Shown here piece after piece: positions 26,861 to 32,000 of a stretch of DNA of 32,000 nt. Origin of the DNA: Candidatus Calditenuis fumarioli (GTDB lineage Archaea > Thermoproteota > Nitrososphaeria_A > Caldarchaeales > Calditenuaceae); assembly GCA_030059665.1 (NCBI GenBank), contig JANVYR010000002.1, positions 99,628-131,627 on the forward strand, read 5' to 3'. A program made the position numbers and the translations under genes. Numbering within the stretch: the stretch's first letter is position 1; each line of letters begins with the position of its first letter. The notes beneath the pieces are model-generated. The model had not been told where the DNA came from, did no database searches, and saw only the letters and a list, made by a program, of their open reading frames with translations.

Positions 26861-26888
26861 ACTGTGTACCACCAGCTGACTCGAGGCG

Positions 26889-29738
26889 TCACCTGAAGGC
26901 CTGAAGCAGGCGCTCCTTCTCCGCCTCCATCAGCAGCTCGAAGAACCTCGGCGTCAGCCTGGGCTCGGCGCTGAGGATCCGCTCGGCGTCCTTCACGGTC
27001 AGGTTCCTCCCGACCAGCGCTACGATCGCAGCCTTCCCGTACCTCTCGATCAGCTCCGCCGTTTTCTCGGCCTCCCTCAGGACCCTCCTCTCCTCGGAGG
27101 AGAGGGATTTGCCGCGCTTGGCGAGGACGGACGAGAGCAGGTCCTCATCGGCCCTGAACAGGCCGAGCTTCCTGGAGCCGCACGCGGGGCACCTGGGCTG
27201 GGGATCGAGGGACCCGACGTCAGAACGTATGGCATCGGCCAGGCACTCGACGCAGATCAGGGTCACGCGCTCCGACATCAGCCTCCCCTTGACCATGTTC
27301 AGCACGACCCTGTGCACCCGCTCGGGTGCGAAGGTCTCGAACTCGTACAGGTACCTGTTGATGGTGAGGGCCGCTAGCGGGCTCGGAGCCGGCAGCCTCA
27401 CGACCTTCACCGAGACCTCACCCCTGATGATCCGCTCCAGCTCCCTCCTCGTGCCGGGCCAGTCGTAGTCGGTGACCGAGGTGAATCTGAGGGCCTCCAC
27501 GTAAGGTGCCGATCCCCTGAGGGCCTCGACCAGCTGCCTCGCGCTGACGTCGAGGAGGCTCGTCTCCTTCCCCACAACGCCCATCTTCCTTGCCACGTGG
27601 ATCAGCCTGCGCCTGAAGACGCCGGAGCCCTCGATGGCCCTCCTCATCAGATCCTCCGAAAGCAGCCTCGGGATCGCCTCCACGACCGCCTCCGGCTCGA
27701 GCAGCTTCGACCTCAGCACTATCCTGTACGGATCCGACTGGACGGAGACCGGTGATCCCAGCTCCTCCGCGAGGTGCGTCACGAGAAGCCTCGCGATCGT
27801 CCTGTTGATCCTGAGGCCACCGCAGTGGTGGACGACCACGAACTCGCCCGCACCCTCCACCAGAACCTCCCTGTCGGTCGGGACCGGTATCCCCAGGTTG
27901 AGGTGCGCCTCGACCTCGGCAAGGGCCCTCCTCATGTCCTGCTCGGGGACCGAGTACTCGGCCGCCAGAACCGAGACCGCCGCATCGACGTCAACGCCAG
28001 ACCTCCTCATCTCGGCGTACCTCCGCCTGATCGACCCGACCTCCTGCGCCACCTCAAACGGCACCGGGATCTCGTCACCGACCCAGGATGGGACCGCGCC
28101 CTCGCCCTCCCTGAGGGGTGCAACGTAGATCCGGTCGCCCGACAGGCTCAGGATGACCCAGGGCCTGCCTCCCAGGATGAAGCGCGTGCCGACCTCGCCG
28201 TACTCCGCGACGAAGCTCTCGTCCAGTATCCCCACCGGCTCGTTCGTCCCCTCCTCGACCACCAGGTACTGCCTCTCCTCCGGGATCATCGAGAGGTTGT
28301 CGAAGTAGTAGCTGTAGAGGACCTTCGGGTTCGGAGGTCTCGTGACCCGGTCTCCCTGGACCCTGAGGAGGCCGATGCTCGACGCGAAGGCCAGCACCAG
28401 ATCCAGGTCCTCCTCCGGGAAGTCCCTGAAGTTGTAGGACGACCTCAGGAACCTCAGCAGCTCGTCCTTCCTGACCTCGCCGTATTCTATCAGCAGCCCC
28501 GCTATCTGGTGAAGGGCCACGTCGAGCGGGTTCCTGACCACCTCGGTCGGCTCCAGCTCCATCGCCTTAGCCCTCCTCGCGATCGCCATCGCCTCCAGGG
28601 CGTCGTCCGAGTCCATCACGATCACCACCCCCTTCGACTCCTGTCCTATCCTGTGGCCGCTCCGGCCGACGCGCTGGACGAGCCTCGTCACCTCCCTCGG
28701 CGAGTTGTACTGGATCACCAGGTCCACCCTTCCCACGTCTATCCCCATCTCCAAGCTAGAGGTGCAGATCAGTCCCTTCAGGTCGCCGTACTTCAGGTCC
28801 CTCTCGGCCTCGAGCCGCCTGTCCCTCGAGAGCGAGCCGTGGTGTATCGTGACCGGGAAGGCCTCGTCGAGCGCCTTGAACCTGTTCGCGAGGATCTCGG
28901 CCAGAGGTCTCGTGTTGGTGAAGATCAGCGTGGACTGGTGGACCTCGACCAGCGCCCGGATCGCGTTGAGACGAGCCGCCACGTCCGGCGCCACCCCCAG
29001 GTACTCCGCCAGCTCCCTGTCCTCCGGCCCCGGAACCGGGAAGAGTATGGTGACCGAGAAGCCCTTCGGAAGCGGCACCCTGACGACCCTGCAGCTCCTC
29101 CCCGGGCCCACCAGGAACCTCGCGACCTCCTCCGCGCTCCCCACCGTCGCCGAGAGGCCTATGATCTGGAAGTCCCTGCCGGTGATCCGCCTGAGCCTCT
29201 CCAGCGCCAGCGAGAGCTGCGCCCCCCTCTTGTCGGTCGCCAGCTCGTGGACCTCGTCGACGATCACGTACCTGACGTTGGCCAGGTGGGACCTCAGCAC
29301 CCTCCCCGTCAGGAGCGACTGGAGCGTCTCGGGCGTCGTGATCAGCAGCATCGGAGGCCTGAGCGTGTGGGCCCTCCTCTCCGAGGGCGCGGTGTCGCCG
29401 TGCCTTACGGCCACTGTCAGGTCGAGCCTCTGCGACCACCAGGCCATCCGCTCGAGGAGGTCCCTGTTCAGCGCCCTGAGCGGAGTGATGTACAGCGCCG
29501 CTACCGGTCTGAGGTCCCTGTTCACCAGGAGCTCGCTGAAGATCGGGAGCAGAGCGGCCTCCGTCTTGCCCGAGCCGGTCGGGGCCATCAGGAGCAGGTT
29601 CTCGCCGTTGAGGACGTGGGGTATCGTAGCCCTCTGGGTCTCCGCGAGCCCCCCGAACCTCTCGAGGACGGCCTCCCTCACCGGCTTCGCCAGCAGCTCC
29701 AGCGGGTCGGTCAGCATGATCCGCCAGAAGGTCTCCAC
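26889..29738 (-). CDS. lhr: Lhr-type large superfamily-2 helicase (DEAD/DEAH box plus DEAD-associated domain) with C-terminal zinc ribbon
   Basis: 949 aa with MAPTGSGKT (motif I), VIVDEVHEL (motif II), SAT and QRVGRSGH (motif VI). A Lhr-core WH/DEAD_assoc-like region (YYFDNLSMIPEERQYLV...GILDESFVAEY...FILGGRPW) follows, and the C-terminus has CVEC...CPACG. GTG 29738 is the track start. ATG 29717 lies about 30 nt downstream of GATAAAG (minus strand) and is an equally likely start. Confidence 0.9.
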   Translation of the reverse strand: METFWRIMLTDPLELLAKPVREAVLERFGGLAETQRATIPHVLNGENLLLMAPTGSGKTEAALLPIFSELLVNRDLRPVAALYITPLRALNRDLLERMAWWSQRLDLTVAVRHGDTAPSERRAHTLRPPMLLITTPETLQSLLTGRVLRSHLANVRYVIVDEVHELATDKRGAQLSLALERLRRITGRDFQIIGLSATVGSAEEVARFLVGPGRSCRVVRVPLPKGFSVTILFPVPGPEDRELAEYLGVAPDVAARLNAIRALVEVHQSTLIFTNTRPLAEILANRFKALDEAFPVTIHHGSLSRDRRLEAERDLKYGDLKGLICTSSLEMGIDVGRVDLVIQYNSPREVTRLVQRVGRSGHRIGQESKGVVIVMDSDDALEAMAIARRAKAMELEPTEVVRNPLDVALHQIAGLLIEYGEVRKDELLRFLRSSYNFRDFPEEDLDLVLAFASSIGLLRVQGDRVTRPPNPKVLYSYYFDNLSMIPEERQYLVVEEGTNEPVGILDESFVAEYGEVGTRFILGGRPWVILSLSGDRIYVAPLREGEGAVPSWVGDEIPVPFEVAQEVGSIRRRYAEMRRSGVDVDAAVSVLAAEYSVPEQDMRRALAEVEAHLNLGIPVPTDREVLVEGAGEFVVVHHCGGLRINRTIARLLVTHLAEELGSPVSVQSDPYRIVLRSKLLEPEAVVEAIPRLLSEDLMRRAIEGSGVFRRRLIHVARKMGVVGKETSLLDVSARQLVEALRGSAPYVEALRFTSVTDYDWPGTRRELERIIRGEVSVKVVRLPAPSPLAALTINRYLYEFETFAPERVHRVVLNMVKGRLMSERVTLICVECLADAIRSDVGSLDPQPRCPACGSRKLGLFRADEDLLSSVLAKRGKSLSSEERRVLREAEKTAELIERYGKAAIVALVGRNLTVKDAERILSAEPRLTPRFFELLMEAEKERLLQAFR

Positions 29739-29905
29739 GGCTTTGCTTTATCGCTGACCCGGTGACCGCCTCCGGGTCTCGCCTGGGATATGACCCCGCC
29801 CTCCCCGGATCCGCCGGTTCACATAGCGCTTGAACTCGGAGAAGGTCTGCGGCCCCTCAGGCGACGACATAGAGCCATATCCAGCCAGAGGGAGCGTAGG
29901 GGAAG

Positions 29906-31456
29906 ATGGCGGTAAGGACCAGGGCCAGGGGTAGCTACGTGCTCAGCGCCAGGCCGGAGCTTGCCGAGTCGGAGCTGAGGTCGCTCGCGGAGGAGGTCTC
30001 GGAGGCCCTGATGAGGGGTGTTCCGAGGGAGAGGGCCGAGGAGGGCGCTGCGCTACGTTCCCTCGAGCTGAGGGACAACAGGCTCGCCTTCGAGGTCGAG
30101 TGCGGCACGCTCGTCTGGGCCACCGACGCCGTGCTCCGGATGAGGAACGTCCTGGCAGAGCGCCTCGGCAAAACCTACAGGATCGGCATCAGGGGAATTC
30201 AGGTGGACAGGCTCGAGGTGGTGATCTCCGGTGAGGCGGTGGACAGGGAGAAGGCCTCGGAGGAGCTGAGCGGTGTTGCCGAGGTCTCCGCCACCGACGG
30301 CGAGGTCGTCCTGGTCTTCTCGAACCTCACGGAGGCCGAGCTCCAGGACCGAGTCGTCGAGCGCGCAGTCAGGCGGGTCAGGGTCACCTCCGTCAAGGAG
30401 GAGATAGTGGTGCCTGCTACGTTCGGGACCGTGCTGAGGAGAGGCCCATCGAAGCCCCAGAAGGTGACGACCGATGTCGGCGAGGTCGCCGAGTCGCTCG
30501 GCTGGATCAAGCGCTTCCCCGGAAGGGGCCAGTGGATCTACACGCCTCCGATGGCCGCACTGCTCAGGTCCATCGTCAACCTGATCATAGAGAGGGTCTG
30601 TTTGCCGCTTGGCTTCCAGGAGTGGGTCTTCCCGAGGCTGCTGCCGATGGAGGTCTTCGAGAAGCTCTCCACCTACGTCGAGCACCTCCCCGAGGGCCTC
30701 TTCTACGTCTGCCCGCCGCCGAGGGACCCGCAGGCCTTCTCCGAGTTCAAGCGCGAGTACTCCCTCAGGAGGGAGCTGAGGGTTGACCTGCTGAGGTCGG
30801 TGCTGGAGGACCCGAGGTACGTGCTCGACGCGGTGCAGTGTCCCCCCTTCTACCAGTTCTTCAGCAACGAGTACGTCCGGCTCGAGGACCTCCCGGTCAA
30901 GGCCTTCGACGTGATGGGCGGGTGGACCTGGAGGAACGAGGCCGGTGGCGTCGAGGGGATCGTCAGGACCAACGAGTTCCTCAGGATGGAGATGGTCTTC
31001 CTCGCCTCGCCGGAGGACGCGGTGGAGCTGAGGGACGCCATCGTCGACAGGGTGGTGGAGGTGGTCGACAAGGAGCTCGACCTGGAGTGGCGCGTCGTGG
31101 CCGGAGCGCCCTTCTACCTCTCACCCGAGGAGGCGAGCAAGCGCGTGATCGACGTCTCCACCAGCGCCAAGATACCAACGCTCGACGTGGAGGTATACCT
31201 GGAGTACAGGGGGCCGAGGGAGACCGCCGAGTGGCTCGAGATAACGGCGGCCACCGTCCACAGGGACTTCTACGTAAACGCCTTCAGGATAAGGGAGGTG
31301 AAGGGAAGGAGGATATGGACCGGTTGCGTCGGTCACGGCATCACCCGCTGGGCGGCCGCGTTCCTCGCGAGGCACGGCTTCAACCCCGAGGACTGGCCCA
31401 AGCCGATCCGCTCGCAGCTGAGGTACGAGCCCAAGCCTCCCAAGACGGTGAGGTGA
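29906..31456 (+). CDS. serS: Seryl-tRNA synthetase, methanogen-type (type-2 SerRS)
   Basis: 516 aa. GWIKRFPGRGQWIYTPPMAAL, the class-II core with putative zinc ligands in AVQCPPFY, WRNEAGG and TGCVGHGITRW, and the long non-coiled N-terminal domain. Together these match my memory of the Methanosarcina barkeri-type SerRS rather than the bacterial-type enzyme. Confidence 0.8.
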   Translation: MAVRTRARGSYVLSARPELAESELRSLAEEVSEALMRGVPRERAEEGAALRSLELRDNRLAFEVECGTLVWATDAVLRMRNVLAERLGKTYRIGIRGIQVDRLEVVISGEAVDREKASEELSGVAEVSATDGEVVLVFSNLTEAELQDRVVERAVRRVRVTSVKEEIVVPATFGTVLRRGPSKPQKVTTDVGEVAESLGWIKRFPGRGQWIYTPPMAALLRSIVNLIIERVCLPLGFQEWVFPRLLPMEVFEKLSTYVEHLPEGLFYVCPPPRDPQAFSEFKREYSLRRELRVDLLRSVLEDPRYVLDAVQCPPFYQFFSNEYVRLEDLPVKAFDVMGGWTWRNEAGGVEGIVRTNEFLRMEMVFLASPEDAVELRDAIVDRVVEVVDKELDLEWRVVAGAPFYLSPEEASKRVIDVSTSAKIPTLDVEVYLEYRGPRETAEWLEITAATVHRDFYVNAFRIREVKGRRIWTGCVGHGITRWAAAFLARHGFNPEDWPKPIRSQLRYEPKPPKTVR

Positions 31457-31461
31457 GGGCG

Positions 31462-32000
31462 ATGGAGGAGCTGATAGAGGCCCTCTCAAGCGGATCCCTC
31501 AGGCTCCACGAGCTCGACGTCAAGCTCGGCTCGAAGGAGGCAACACGCGTCAGGAGGTCCTTCCTGGAGCGCGTCACCGGTGCAGACCTCTCCGCCCTCG
31601 ACGCTGACCTCCCCTACGACCAGATCGTCGGGAGGAACTGCGAGAACACCATCGGTGCGGTCGCGATACCTGTGGGGGTTGCTGGGCCGCTTCCGGTCGA
31701 GGGCTCCGACTTCAGGAGGGAGGTCTACGTCCCGCTGGCCACAACTGAGGGCGCCCTAGTCGCGACGGTCAACAGGGGAGCGTCCGCGATCAGGAGGTCA
31801 GGCTGGGTCAGGAGCAGGACCCTCTCCGACAGGATGACCAGAGCGCCGGTCCTCGAGACGCCTGACCTCGACCACAGCATCGAGCTGGCCCGCTGGGTCG
31901 AGCAGAACCTCGAGCGTCTCAGGTCGGCCTTCAGGTCCACCACCTCCCACGGCGACCTGATCAGGGTCGTCCCGTTCGTCGTCGGCAAGTACGTCTTCCT
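31462..32000 (+). CDS. hmgA: 3-hydroxy-3-methylglutaryl-CoA reductase, class I (N-terminal ~179 codons; continues past the right edge)
   Basis: Not in the ORF track because there is no stop in the window. My translation from ATG 31462 is MEELIEALSSGSLRLHELD...GRNCENTIGAVAIPVGVAGPLPVEG...YVPLATTEGALVATVNRGASAI..., which carries the CEN(V/T)IG and ATTEG(A/C)LVAS-type HMGR motifs. It starts 5 nt after the serS stop. Confidence 0.88.
   Translation, partial: MEELIEALSSGSLRLHELDVKLGSKEATRVRRSFLERVTGADLSALDADLPYDQIVGRNCENTIGAVAIPVGVAGPLPVEGSDFRREVYVPLATTEGALVATVNRGASAIRRSGWVRSRTLSDRMTRAPVLETPDLDHSIELARWVEQNLERLRSAFRSTTSHGDLIRVVPFVVGKYVF

Noticed and set aside
27774-29765. 663-aa and 350-aa ORFs antisense to the Lhr helicase, and similar antisense ORFs at 3658-4560, 21531-22661, 18175-19125 and 14714-15511
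   Set aside because: The same GC-artefact reasoning applies. In every case the opposite strand carries the motif-bearing gene.

Overview
Visibly GC-rich (by eye above 60% G+C, codon third positions mostly G/C), densely packed archaeal chromosomal segment with about 30 genes and many 1-40 nt overlaps. Most of it is housekeeping. It encodes aIF2-gamma with a PIN gene, an rpoH-rpoB-rpoA operon in which rpoA is a single unsplit 1264-aa gene, and TFE-alpha, aTrm56 and a KaiC-like ATPase. It also encodes a multi-OB RPA-like protein, triosephosphate isomerase, Thi4, an isopropylmalate/homocitrate-synthase-family enzyme and a small Rieske protein. The remaining housekeeping genes are an Ard1-type acetyltransferase, a sugar-phosphate nucleotidyltransferase, an Lhr-type helicase, a methanogen-type (type-2) SerRS and the 5' part of HMG-CoA reductase. 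Two blocks look accessory. (i) 20397-23585 is a three-gene module of a short-armed SMC-like ATPase, a kleisin-like protein and a tandem winged-helix kite-like protein. This is my best candidate for an undescribed miniature SMC complex. (ii) 23543-26888 is a four-gene extracytoplasmic copper module: a two-domain multicopper oxidase, a membrane-anchored cupredoxin, a NosL-thioredoxin fusion and CcdA. It sits behind the only strongly AT-rich intergenic region in the window, which carries an 18-bp palindrome. A 26-nt direct repeat pair with CRISPR-like spacing lies at 13679-13769. I recognised no rRNA, tRNA, transposase, integrase or cas genes. The many long ORFs antisense to conserved genes are GC-content artefacts. 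First genes of transcription units typically have an A/T-rich TATA-like box about 25-32 nt upstream of the start codon, implying leaderless mRNAs. Internal operon genes carry GGAGG/GAGGTGA Shine-Dalgarno motifs or overlap the preceding gene (ATGA).
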